Below, piece after piece: positions 31,962 through 44,706 of a DNA stretch of 64,000 bases (position 1 is its first letter; each line of letters begins with the position of its first letter). Source of the stretch: the human T2T-CHM13v2.0 reference genome, Homo sapiens. The notes under the pieces are model-generated. The model saw only the letters and a program-made list of their open reading frames with translations. It had not been told where the DNA came from and did no database searches. Position numbers and translations under genes: made by a program. The stretch lies in NCBI RefSeq assembly GCF_009914755.1, contig NC_060926.1. One strand, 5' to 3'.

Positions 31962-32270
31962 AGCTGGGTGCAGTGGCTCACGCCTGTAATCCCAGCACTT
32001 TGGGAGGCCAAGGTGGGTGGATCACTTGAGGTCAGACGTTTGAGACCAGCCCGGCCAACATGGTGAAACTCCTTCTCTACTAAAAATACAAAAATTAGCC
32101 AGTTGTGGTGGTGTGTGCCTGTAATGCCAGCTTCTCGGGTGGCTGAGGCACAAGAATCACTTGAACCTTGGAGTCAGACGTTACAATGAGTTGAGGTTAT
32201 GCTACTACACTCCAGCCTGGGCGACAGAGAGAGATTCTATCTCAAAAAAAGAAAGAAAAGAAAAAAGAAA
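31962..32270 (+). mobile_element. AluSz-like element
   Basis: Complete dimer with ggatcacttgaggtcag, A tail, degenerate TSD gaaaatgca/gaaaacgct. Confidence 0.95.
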
Positions 32271-32309
32271 ACGCTAGCCACAAAGCAAGAGAAAAGACTG
32301 CAATATAAG

Positions 32310-32764
32310 TGTATTAGTTTGCTATTGCTTCTTCAACATATTATTACAAGCTTAGGACTTAAAACACCAATTTTATATTACAATTCTGGACATCAAAAGT
32401 CCAAAATGAACCTTATAGAGCTGAACTCAACGTATTGGCAGAACTTTGTTTCTTCTGGAAGCTCGAGGGGAGAATCTGTTTCTTACCTTTTCCAGCATCT
32501 AGAGGTTACCTATGTCCCTTGGGTGTTGGCCCCACAACATTCTGACGTCTGCTTCTGTCTTAACCTCTCTCTCTCTGACTCTGACCTCTGCTTCTCTTAC
32601 ACTGGGCTCACCCTCATAATCCAGAATAATCTCTCCATCTCAAAATTCTTACCTTAATAGTATCTGCAGAGTTCCTTATGCCATGCAAATTAACATATTC
32701 ATAGGTCCCAGAAATTAGGATATGGACATCTTCGGGAGAGAAGACATTATTCAGCTCTACCACA
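32310..32764 (-). mobile_element. MLT1D-like solo LTR
   Basis: tgtattagtttgctattgct...ggggagaatctgtttc...ataatccagaataatctctccatctcaa...attattcagctctaccaca. Confidence 0.85.
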
Positions 32765-32892
32765 ACAAACAATAGAAAAAGGACAAACATCCAGAATATA
32801 TAAAGAACTCCTACAAATGAATATGACATATTCCTAGGCAAAACTATCAATTAATTCCAAATTAACTTATAAATTCAATACAGTTCTTGTTA

Positions 32893-32944
32893 AACACACA
32901 TACACGCATGCACACACACACACACACACACAAACATACACACA
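32893..32944 (+). repeat. Interrupted (CA)n
   Basis: Direct reading. Confidence 0.9.
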
Positions 32945-33294
32945 TGATTCTTTAGTTAGCTTGAAAATGAAATAAACAATAACAGCCAAATGATTTTGGA
33001 AAAAGAACAATGTGTGTTTCTTGCCCTAATAATCATTAAAGCAGTGTAATACAAACCCCCAAAATAGAGAAATGGATGAAACTAAATGCAGTCAAGAAAT
33101 AAACTCACGTAGACATGGGAATTAAATATGTAGTGAAGATAGCATTTCAAATTAGTGGGGAAGAAAGGCACATGATTAATATATTTTGATTACTGAGTAT
33201 CTTTTTGAATGAAAATAATTATGTTATACACAAAAGTAAATTCAAGATGGCTTAAAAAGATAAATGCTTCTTAAAACTATAAAGTGTTGGATTA

Positions 33295-33530
33295 TAATAA
33301 ACATATCAATTATTGAGTGCCAAGCAATTTATTTCTAGGACTTCAGTTAATCCATAAAACAACCCTATGAAATGGGACTATTCAGATCTGCATTTTAAGA
33401 TGAGAAGACTGAGGCACATACAGCTGAGGAATCCTGCTTGAGGTCACAGAGCTAGAAAAGGATGTAGCTAGGATTTGATCTCAGACATCATAACACTGAA
33501 GCCCAACCTCTTAACGGTTAGTCCACCAAC
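33295..33530 (-). mobile_element. MIR SINE
   Basis: aacaaccctatgaaatggg...cattttaagatgagaagactgaggcac...gaggtcacagagctag...ggatttgatctcag. Confidence 0.85.
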
Positions 33531-34609
33531 ATTAAGGTGAGGAATGCCTTCACAGGAAATAAACAACTCTCAAAGCTTTTAAAGGAAATAATGCTAGATA
33601 TGATTAAATACATGTTAATAGTTTTTTGCATTTCAAAAAATGTTGTAAACAAAATTAATTAAAAAGCAACAAACTAGAAGAAAGTGTTTGCAAACACTTT
33701 CTTCAATAAAAGTTTAAGAAACAGAATATCTGCAAAGACCCTAGTCACTGCGAAAAGAATTTGGGAAAAATAAATAAATAAAAAATATAAGTAGACAATT
33801 CAGGGAAGCAGAAGCAGAAATATTGTATATAAAAGGATGATAAACTTCACTGGTTCAGCATCAGATAGTCAAGAAAATGCAAATTAAAACATTGATTTTG
33901 TTGTTGTTACCCACATTGAATTGAATAAACTTATTATAGAAAATGATGATATCCAGTGTCATTGAGGGTGTGGAGAAACACATACACTTTTGGGAATGTA
34001 ATTTAATACCAGTTTTTAGAGTATAATTTAAAAGTACCTACTAGAATGTAAAATATGTATGCATACCCTTCGATTTAAGAATTACATTTCTAGTTATCCA
34101 TTTTACCAAAAATACCCCTCAGTACATCTAAAATATACAACAAAGATGTTTATTACATTTTAGTTAGAAGTAACCTATTATCAGAATGAAAGAGTTAAAT
34201 TATTATGAAGCTGAAGTACTATGAAATCCTCTGCAAAAGTTAAAAATGAGATAATCCATAGTTATTGACATAGAAATGTCTCTAAGACATATATTTCTAA
34301 GTCATAAAAGAATTTGAAGAATAATATATGTTATAAGCCTATTTATATGTTTTTAAAACTACATGATGTCCGTATACTACATAAAAATTCATAAAATGCT
34401 TAGAAATGAGTTAAGAAAGATACACAGCAAATATTTAAAAGTTATTACCTCTGGAGAGGAGAGTTAGATTGACAAAAGATGATGATTGATTGAAGGGGAA
34501 CTTTTTATACCTTTGAGTAATTAACAACAACAACAAAAACATGTTTTCAGGTATTACTTAAATTTTTAAGTTTATTTTTTGAATTGACAAATACAAATTG
34601 TATATATTT

Positions 34610-34888
34610 GGCTGGGTGCGGTGGCTCACGCCTGTAATCCCAGCACTTTGGGAGGCCAAGGCGAGTGGATCACGAGGTCAGGAGTTGGAGACCAGCCAAT
34701 ATGTTGAAACGCCATCTCTACCAAAACTACAAAAATTAGCCTGTAGTCCCAGCTACCCAGGAGGCTGAGGTGGAAGAATCGCTTGAATCCGGGAGGTAGA
34801 GATGGCAGTAAGCCAAGAAACGCGCCATTGCACTCCAGCCTGGGTGACAGAGCAAGACTCGGTCTCCAAAAAAAAAAAAAAAAAAAAA
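34610..34888 (+). mobile_element. AluSg-like element with internal deletions
   Basis: ggatcacgaggtcaggagtt diagnostic; lacks the start of the right monomer; A21 tail. Confidence 0.93.
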
Positions 34889-37054
34889 GTGTATATATCA
34901 AAAAACAAAATAGTATATATATTTATGATGCATAACATGTTTTGAAATATGAATACACTGTGGAATGGCTAAATCAAGCTATTAACTTATACACAACTTC
35001 ACACACTTTTCGTGGGGAGAACTCTTAAAATCTACTCACTTAGCAATTTTCAAGAAGATAATACATTGCTTAACTATGTCATCATGTTGTAGAATAGATC
35101 TCTTAAATGTATTCCCCTTGTCCAACTGAAATTTTGTGTCCTTTGACCAACACTTCCCCAACTCCTACCTTACCACCCCATCCCCAGCCCCTGGTAACCA
35201 CTATTTGACGCTCTACTTTTATGAAATCAATTTTTTTAGATTCCACACATGAGTGAGATCATGCAATATTTGCCTTTCTGTGCCTGGCTTATTTCACTTA
35301 TAATAACGTACTTCAGGTTCATCCACGTTGTCATCACATTGTCAGGATTCTCTTCTTTTTTAAGGCTGAAGAGTATTCTGTTGTGCATATACCATATTTA
35401 AATATTTATATATCATATTTTCTTTATCCATTTATCCATTGATGGACACTTTGATTGATTCCATACCTTTGCTATTTTGAATAATGCTGCAGTGAACACG
35501 GGAGAGCAGATATTGCTAACATACTGAAATTATTTTCTTTGAATATATACACTCAGTTTTGGAATTACTGGATTATACGGTAGTTATATGTGTCATTTTT
35601 TGAGGAACCTCCATACATTCTTTATAATGACTCTACTAATTTACATTCCTACCAACAGCACTCAAAGGATCCATTTTCTCTGTATCCTTTCCAACATTTA
35701 GTGTCTTTTGTCTTTTTGATAATAGTCACTTCAAAAGGTGTGAGGTGGTATCTCATTGTAGCTTTAATTTGCATTTCTCAGATGATTAGTGATCATTTTT
35801 TCATATACCTGTTGGACATTTGTACATCTTCTTTTAAGAAATGTCTATCCAGCTCCTTTCTCCATTTTTTTAAATTAGGTTATTTGTTTTCTAACTATTG
35901 TATTGTTTGTGTTTTTTATATATTTTGGATATTAACCTCTTATCAGATGTATAATTTACAAATATTTCCTTCTATTCTGTAGGTTTCTCTTCACTGTATT
36001 GATGTTTCCTTGGCTGTGCAGTAGCTTTTTAGCTTGATCTAATCCTGTTGTCATTTTTGCTTTTCTGCCTGTGCTTTTGGGTTCATATCCAGAAAAAAAG
36101 ATTGCCCAGACCAATGTCATGGAGCTTTTCCCCATGTTTTCTATTAGTAGTTTTACAGTCTCAAGATTTACATTTAATTTTCTAGGCCATTTTGAGTTGA
36201 ATTTTAGTTATGATGTAAAGTAAGGATTTAACTTCATTTTTCTGCATATGGAGATCCAGTTGTCCCAACACCACTAATGAAGAAAGTGTCCTTTGCTTAT
36301 TGTGTGTTTTTGGCATGTTTGTTGAAAATCAATTGACCATAAATGCATGGGCTTGTTTCTGGGCCCTCTATTCTGTTCTGCTGATCTATATACCTGTTTT
36401 TATGTCAGTACCATTTTATTTTTATTACTATAGCTTTGTAGCATATTTTTAAGTCAGGTAATATGATGCCCCTGGCTTTGCTCTTTTGTTAAAGATTGTG
36501 TTAGCTATTCAGGGTCTTTGCGGCTCCTTTTGAATTTTAGGATTCTTTTTTTCTGTTTCTGTGAAAATATCATTAAAATTTTAATAGGGATTGCATTGAA
36601 TCTGTGGTGTGGACATTTTAATAATATTAATTCTTCCAATCCATGAACATAGGATATCTTTTTTCATCAATCTTTTATAGTTTTCGGTGCACAGGTCTTT
36701 CTTTTTTTGGTTAAATTTATTTCCGTTTTGTTTTATTTGATTTTTGTAGCTATTGTAATGAGATTTCCTTGCTTTCTTCTTCAGTTAGTTCATTGTCAAT
36801 ATATAGAAATGCTACTGATTTTTGTAGGTTGATTTTATATCCTACAACTTTACTGAATTTATTAGTTCCAATTTTTTTTTGTAGAGTCTTTAAGATTTTC
36901 TATGTATAAGATTATGCCTTCTGCAAATAGGGACAATTTAACTCATTTTTTCCAACTTGGATGCCTTTTTTTTCTCTTGCCTAATTCCTCTGGCTAGAAC
37001 TTCCATACTGAAATAAAATGGTGACAGTAGACATCCATGTCCTGTTCTAGATCT

Positions 37055-37656
<602 letters not shown>

Positions 37657-37669
37657 ATCTTGGTGTCTT

Positions 37670-39772
37670 GTTTTTTTATTATACTTTAAGTTCTTGGGTA
37701 CATGTGCAGAATGTGCAATTTTGTTACATAGGTATACACGTGCCATGGCGGTTTGCTGCATCCATCAACCGGTCACTACATTAGGTATTTCTCCTAGTGT
37801 TATCCCTCCCCTAGCCCTCAACCCTGCAACAGGCCCCATTGTGTGATGTTCCCCTCCTTATGTCCATGTGTTCTCATTGTTCAACTCCCATTTATGAGTG
37901 AGAACATGCGGTGTTTGGTTTTCTGTTCCTGTGATAGTTTGCTGAGAATGATGGTTTCCAGCTTCATCCATGTCCCTGCAAAGGACATGAACTCATTCTT
38001 TTTTATGGCTGCACAGTATTCCATGGTGTCACATTTTCTTTATCCAGTCTATTATTGATGACCATTTGGTTTGGTTCCAAGTCTTTGCTATTGTGAACAG
38101 TGCCACAATAAACATACGTGTGCATGTGTCTTTATAGTGGAAAGATTTATAATCCTTTAAGTATATATCCAGTAATGGAATTGCTGGGTCAAATGGTATT
38201 TCTAGTTGTAGATCCTTAAGGAATTGCCACAGTCTTCCACAATGGTTGAATTAATTTACACTCGCACCAACAGTGTAAAAGTGTCCTTATTTCTCCACAT
38301 CCTCTCCAGCATCTGTTGTTTCCTGACTTTTCAATGATTGCCATTCTAACTGGTGTGAGATAGTATCTCATTTTGGTTCTGATTTGCATTTCTCTAATGA
38401 CCAGTGATGATGAGCATTTTTTTCATATGTCTGTTGGCTGCATAAATGTCTTCTTTTGAGAAGTGTCTGTTCATATCGTTTGCCCATTTTTTGATGGGGT
38501 AGTTTTTTTCCTGTAAATTTGTTTAAGTTCTTTGTAGATTCTGGATATTAGCCCTTTGTCAGATGCAGAGATTGCCAAAATTTTCTCCCATTCTGTAGGT
38601 TGCCTGTTCACTCTGATGATAGTTTCTTTTGCTGTGCAGAAGCTCTTTAGTTTAATTAGATCCCATTTGTCAATTGTGGCTTTTGTTGCCATTGCTTTTG
38701 GTGTTTTAGACAGGAAGTCTTTGCCCATGCCTATATCCTGAATGGTATTTCCCAGGTTTTCTTCTGGGATTTTTATGGTCCTAGGTCTTACATTTAAGTC
38801 TCTGATCCATCTTGTGTTGATTTTTGTATAAGGTGTAAGGAAGGTGTCCAGTTTCAGTTTTCTACATATGGCTAGCTAGTTTTCCCAACACCATTTATTA
38901 AATAGGGCATCCTTTCCCCATTTCTTGTTTTTGTCAGGTTTGTCAAAGATCAGATGGTTATAGATGTGTGATGTTATTTCTGAGGCCTCTGTTCTGTTCC
39001 ATTGGTCTATATATCTGTTTTGGTACCAGTACCATGCTGTTTTGGTTACTGCAGCATTATAGTATAGTTTGAAGTCAGGTATCATGATCCCTCTAGCTTT
39101 GTTCTTCTTGCCCAGAATTGTCTTGGCTATGCGGGCTCTTTTTTGGTTCAATGTGAAGTTTAAAGTAGTTTTTTCCAATTCTGTGAAGAAAGTCAGTGAT
39201 AGCTTGATGGGGATAACATTGAATCTATAAATTACTTTGGGCAGTATGGCCATTTTCATGATATTGATTCTTCCTATCCATGAGCATGGAAAGTTTTTCT
39301 GCTTGTTTGTGTCCTCTCTTATTTCCTTGAGCAGAGGTTTGTAGTTCTCTTTGAAGAGGTCCTTCACATCCCTTGCAAGTTGGATTCCTAGGTATTTTAT
39401 TCTCTTTGTAGCAATTGTAAATGGTAGTTCACCATGATTTGGCTCTCTGTCTGTTAATGGTGTATAGGAATGCTTGTGATTTTTGCACCTTGATTTTGTA
39501 TCCTGAGACTTTGCTGAATTTGCTTATCAGCTTAAGGAGATTTTGGGCTGAGACAATGGGGTTTTCTAAGTATACAATCATGTCATCTGCAAAGAGAGAC
39601 AATTTGACTTCCTCTCTTCCTATTTGAATACACTTTATTTCTTTCTCTTGCCTGATTGCCCTGACCAGAACTTCCAATTCTATGATGAATAGGAGTGGTA
39701 AGAGAGGGCATCCTTGTCTTGTGTCAGTTTTCAAAGGGAATGCTTCCAGATTTTACCCATTCAGTATGATAT
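37670..39772 (-). mobile_element. 5'-truncated L1PA7-like element
   Basis: 3'UTR attatactttaagttcttgggtacatgtgcagaa...tacattaggtatttctcc; ORF2 fragments 38876-39367 and 39429-39734 ([14 protein letters not shown]). Confidence 0.92.
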
Positions 39773-39797
39773 AGATATGATAGACAGTATAATATGA

Positions 39798-40091
39798 TAC
39801 AGAAAAAGTTTATAATTTTTCATCATTGATTATGATTTTAGCTGTAGGTTTGTTATATTTGGCCTTTATTTCACTGGAGTACATTTCTTCTATACCTAAT
39901 TTGTTGAGAGTTTTTATCGTGAAGCAATATTAAATTTTATCACATGCTTTTTCTGGATCTATCCAGATAATTATATGGTTTTTGCTCTCTATTCTGTTAA
40001 TGTGTTGTGTCACATTTATAGATTTGTGTATGTTAAACCATCCTTGCATCCCTGGAATAAATAATACTTGATCATGCTGAATTATCTTTTT
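39798..40091 (+). repeat. ~290-bp direct duplication, copy 2
   Basis: Colinear with 37055-37344; ends at a TTTTT/AA site. Confidence 0.93.
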
Positions 40092-40849
40092 AATGCGCTG
40101 CTGAATTCCATCTGTTAGTATTTTGTTGAGAATTTGTGCATTTATGTTCACCAGGCATATTGGCCTGTAGTTTTCTATTCTTCTAGTGTTTTTGTCTGGC
40201 TTAGGTAACTGAGTAATGCTGGTCTTGTACAATGAATTTGGAAGTATTACCTGTTCTATTTTTCAGACGTATTTGAGAAGAATTGGCATTCACTGTTCTT
40301 TCAGTGGTAAAATTCAATGATGAAGCCAATAGATTCTGGGCTTTTCTTTGATGGGAGACTTTTTATTACTGATTCAATCTCTTCACTCATTTTTGGTCTG
40401 CTCAGATTTTCTATTTCTACATGATTCAGTCTTGTTAAGTTGCATGTGTCTAGGAATATATATCTTCTATGTTATCCAATTGTTTTTATATAATTGGTCA
40501 TATAATCTCTTATGATCCTTTTTATATCTGTGGCATATATTGTAATGTTTTCTATTTAATTTCTGATGTTACTTATTTGTCTTACTTTGAATTCTTTGTC
40601 AGGCAGGTCACATATCTCCATTTATTTGGGGTCAGTTATTGAAAGATTACTGTATTCTCTCGATGATGTTGTGACTTCTTGGTTTTTCATGTTTCTTGTT
40701 GCTTTTCATTGATATCTGCACCTTTGAATAAGTAGGGACTTATTCCAGTTTGCAGTCTGGCATTTTCTAGGAAAGTCCTTCACCAATTAGCTTGTCCAGA
40801 GATGCTGGGCTGGTTGTCTGGCATGGTCCAAGGGTGGACTTGCTGCTGG

Positions 40850-42260
40850 GATTCTTGGGCAGGCTAGCTGGTGCCTGGGTCAGCAGGTGATCAAGCCTAG
40901 TGCCTAAGTCCACAGAGTTGGACCTGAAGTCTGAATCCACTGGGATAGGCCTGTTGGTGGGGTCTGTGGGGATGGGCCTGGAGCTTGTATCCATGGAGAC
41001 CAACCTGGAGATTTGGTCTACAAGGGCTTACCTGGCACTGGGATGGGTCTAGAACCTGAGTCTCCATGAGTTGGCCAGGTGCTTGAATGAGCCTGGCACC
41101 TGGGTCCACTGGGAAGGATGTAGAGCCTGAGTTCATGGAGTTGACCTTGCACTGGGGTGGGTCTGGAACTTGGGGCCACTAAGATGGGCCTGGAACCTAA
41201 ATTCATGGGGTCTGGCCTGCAGCTTGGTGGTCTTGGAGACTCGGTCCACAGAGTTCAATCTGGAACCAAGGTCTACTGGAGTGGGCCTGCACCCTGGGTC
41301 TTCTGAAACAGGCTTGTACCCTGGGTTCTGTAAAGCATGGGACCACTGGGAGTGGCCTGGAGCTTGAGACTGGCTTTGTACTGAGGCCAGCTTGAAGCTT
41401 GGGTTTGTTGGGGCTGTTCTGGAGACTATAATTATGGAGGATGACCTGGGATCTGAAGCCACTGGGGCTGGCCTGGAGCCTGTATCCACTAGTGCCAGCC
41501 TGGAGGCTGAGTGTACAGGTGCTGGCCAAGAGGCTAGGTCCATGAAGGTTGGCCTGGGGCCTCAGGGGCTGGCCTAGAACCCGGGTACACAGGGAGGTCT
41601 TGGAGTTTGGATATATGGGGGCTGACTCAGAACTAGAATCTACTGGGACAGGCCTGGCCCCTGGGTCTGCAGGAGCCAGCCTGAAGGATGGGGCTGTGGG
41701 GACTAGCCTGGCAATAGGCAGGCCTGCAGTCTCTATCCATGGTGCCCACCTGGTATCTGAGGTCTGAGTGCCAGACTGGCATGAGGACAGGCCTAAAGCC
41801 TGGTGCCACAGGAGCTGCCTTGGAACTGGGTGGGCCTGGATTCTATGTCTACAGGTACCAGCCTAGAGGCTGGGTCTGTGGTCGTCAGCCTGATGACTAG
41901 GACTACTGGGGCTAGCCTGGTGCTGGGGCACGCCTGAAGCTTGAGCCAGGGGGGCCAGCCCAGTAATATGGGCAGTCTGGAGCCCAGGGTTGCTAAGGTC
42001 AGCCTGGCCATGGGACAGGCCTGGAGCCTGATTCTGTGGTGGCTGGCCTGGTGCAGGGTTAGGCCTGAAAACCAGTGGAGACTGCCTGGCAGTGAGAACA
42101 ATCCAGAGAAAGGGGTGGCTGTGGTCAGCTTGGCAGTGTGATGGCCCAGAGGCCAAGTCCGTCACACAGGCCTGGAGTCTGCAGCTGCAGAATCCCTCCT
42201 GGCACTGGGGCAGGCTTGAAGGCTCAGCCCATGAGTACTGACATGAAGTCTGGGGCTGTG
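40850..42260 (-). repeat. Degenerate GC-rich tandem array (~27-40 bp units) in the L1M 5'UTR
   Basis: Recurring gggtccactggggctggcctggagcct-like units, e.g. 41459-41482, 41101-41128, 40970-40986. Confidence 0.75.
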
Positions 42261-44084
42261 GGAACCTGCCTGCACTAGTATTACTTGAGTAGATCCTGTG
42301 TTGGGGTTTGAAGCACAATCTGGCGCTCCTACCCTCACAGAGAGGATATCTCTTTCCAAGCTGTGCTGCCTGTGGTTGGAGGTAAAGGAATACAGTTGAT
42401 GTAAAACTGTCCTTCCTACCTTCTTCAATGCATCTTTTCTTATTTCTGTGCTACACCCAGGTGCTGTAATCTCTCATCTAGTTTCCTTAGCTTTTGTGAA
42501 GATATTTTTGCATGAGGATAGTTGTTCAAATTGATGTTTCAGTGGGGGGAAGAGCACTGGAGAGTCCTATTTTATCATTTTACTGACGTCAGTCCTTGTA
42601 TAAATTTTTAAAAGAAAAAAATACATTGTAAGTAAATACTGTGACTGGGAAAGAGCTTTCTATGGGTGGCATGAATTGCCCCAGCAAAACCCAAGACAGA
42701 CACGGGCTGTCTCTTATACTGGCTCCCAGCTAATGAGAATAACAGGTCCAGGCCACCTGAAAACAGAAAGATTCTTCCACATACCCTAAACCATTCCCAA
42801 TTTAAAGTTACAATATTATAACCCAAAGACGTCACTTGGAACTTAAGTGATTCTCTTTTAAGCTCTCCCCATGGATTTAAAATAAAAGCACAACAATATG
42901 TTTTGGAGATATTTATTTCTTTTCATTCCATTTCCCCCAAGAGCTGTATATTGTCTTCAGCATTTTCTTGTCCCTGCAGTGTAGCTGCTCTTGGGGAAGT
43001 ACCTCTCTTCCCTGAGATGAACTAAATTTTAAGAGTTGCTTTCCATTTTAATCATTAACATGCCATGCAATACAGCTACTGCTAATTCAGAATTGATAAC
43101 GAGCACTAGGATAGTTTCTGGATTAAAGAAGCCCAAAGAAACAACTAGAAAGGGGCAATGGAAGAAATATCTTATATAAATTCCCCTTTAAATCTGTGTT
43201 GTGGACTATATTTTGGAGTGAGGAAAGAAATGAGCTTTCAAGTGCATAATTGCCCTTTTAGACAATAAAAGGCTTTCCTGACATTAGTTCCATATGCTGA
43301 AGATGGCATCTTATTTTTCTTTTCTATAACTAGAAATCACTAGTTAACACAGGCATTGAATTCCACATCTATTTCTAGAAACCACCTTTCTATGGCTATT
43401 TTTTAAGCACAAAAATAACAGTTTGCAGCTTGCACAGCCTTAACCAGTAGGCTCCAGCCTCTATTGTTCTTGCTGTCTTCACTATATACAGAAGTTCACT
43501 TTGCCCATTTAGAAAAACAACACTTAAATCTTTTGGTGCAAGAAAGCATATACCTGCAATATTAATGCCTTTGCCATTTCTCCAGATTCAAAATGGCTTT
43601 CCTATCACAGAGAAACTTCATTAACCCATACACTGATAAATCAGAATTTTTAGTAACTCAGATATTTTATATGCTTCTCTGTTACAGATGCAGGTATGTT
43701 ACCTGCATCAAATGAATTAAGAACCAATGGCATAAAGAACAGTAGCTGAATCTTATTTATAATTTTAAAGTTCTTTGCCACTGAGTTAACTCCATTTTCC
43801 AGATTGTAAAGGAAATATAAGTCTTCCATATGAACAATTAATGTGTTAAATAGATATAACTCAAGTTTTCTATACTGTACCATCTGGATGAGAGAAAGGA
43901 GGAATAGGGGTAGAGTGGGGAGTCTCATCGAAATCAAGAAACAATTATCTTTCCTCTGAGCCCATAGGTGACATCCTTATAATCCTACCAGCCCCTAAAT
44001 TCCTGCTTTTCTTATTTGTAGAATTTCAGAGGCAGATAATCTCACAGCTTGAAATGGGACTTGAATATTAGAGTATTCGTATCT

Positions 44085-44226
44085 TGCTTCTTCCTTGGGC
44101 AATTTGCTTAGCTTTTCTGAGCCTTAGCTACCTTATCTTTCCAACAGAGATAATAATAATTGCTTTGAGGATTGAAAGGAATTGTACATGTAGCCTAAAC
44201 ATAGCACCTAGTATAAGATATTTGAG
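44085..44226 (+). mobile_element. MIR fragment
   Basis: ccttgggcaatttgcttagcttttctgagccttag...gataataata...gaggattgaaagg...atagcacctagtat. Confidence 0.7.
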
Positions 44227-44479
44227 TTTCCCCGCTCTGTTGTCCCTTCCCTCGCTTAAATTCTCCTTTACCTGTGTTCCCATCACTGGTTGCATTATCA
44301 CTCTCTCTGGTTGTAGCTGCTGTTCCAAAGGCTTCACTAGGCTCCACATGGAACAAAATACTGGCAGCAGGGTCTCAAGCTGCTGCTACTATTTTGTTAC
44401 TAAATCGATCCTGAATATAAATCCACTGCAAGATTTAGATCTAGGGGAAAGTGCAATATAGATTTCCTGGAAGTCTCAG

Positions 44480-44706
44480 AAAATTCCTTGTATTTCAGTG
44501 ATGCCAATTGGGTCAGTGTCTATATTTCTAACCAGCTGCTGTGGCCAAGGGATTAAAATTATTGATTGTCTTGGGCCTAAATTACATGTTCCATCCTTGG
44601 AGAAAATAGCAATGCTCTATCCATCCACATGGACCAAATACAGGAAGGAATGAATCTCCTAATGACTTTTGCCAGAAGTAGGGTGTATGGATGCAGAGAA
44701 GATACA
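44480..44706 (-). mobile_element. MLT1K-type LTR fragment
   Basis: ttgggtcagtgtc...accagctgctgtggccaaggga...gattgtcttgggcc...ccagaagtagggtgtatggatgc. Confidence 0.55.

Larger units (their letters stand above)
31283..34560 (+). mobile_element. Old L1ME/L1MC-type ORF2 3' and 3'UTR fragments, interrupted by Alu, MLT1, MIR and (CA)n
   Basis: ccccaaaactgatctataatgcaatcccagtc, ctaccagatatcgagacttat, gaaaatgcaaattaaaac, gttattacctctggagagg. Confidence 0.7.

Noticed and set aside
40767-42428. Cluster of Pro/Gln/Ser-rich ORFs up to 151 aa
   Set aside because: They arise from the GC-rich repetitive L1M 5'UTR, occur in several frames and both strands, and show no recognisable domain
43687-43709. Perfect 10-bp-arm hairpin gatgcaggta-tgt-tacctgcatc
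   Set aside because: About one such hairpin is expected by chance in 64 kb; too short for a miRNA precursor and without supporting context
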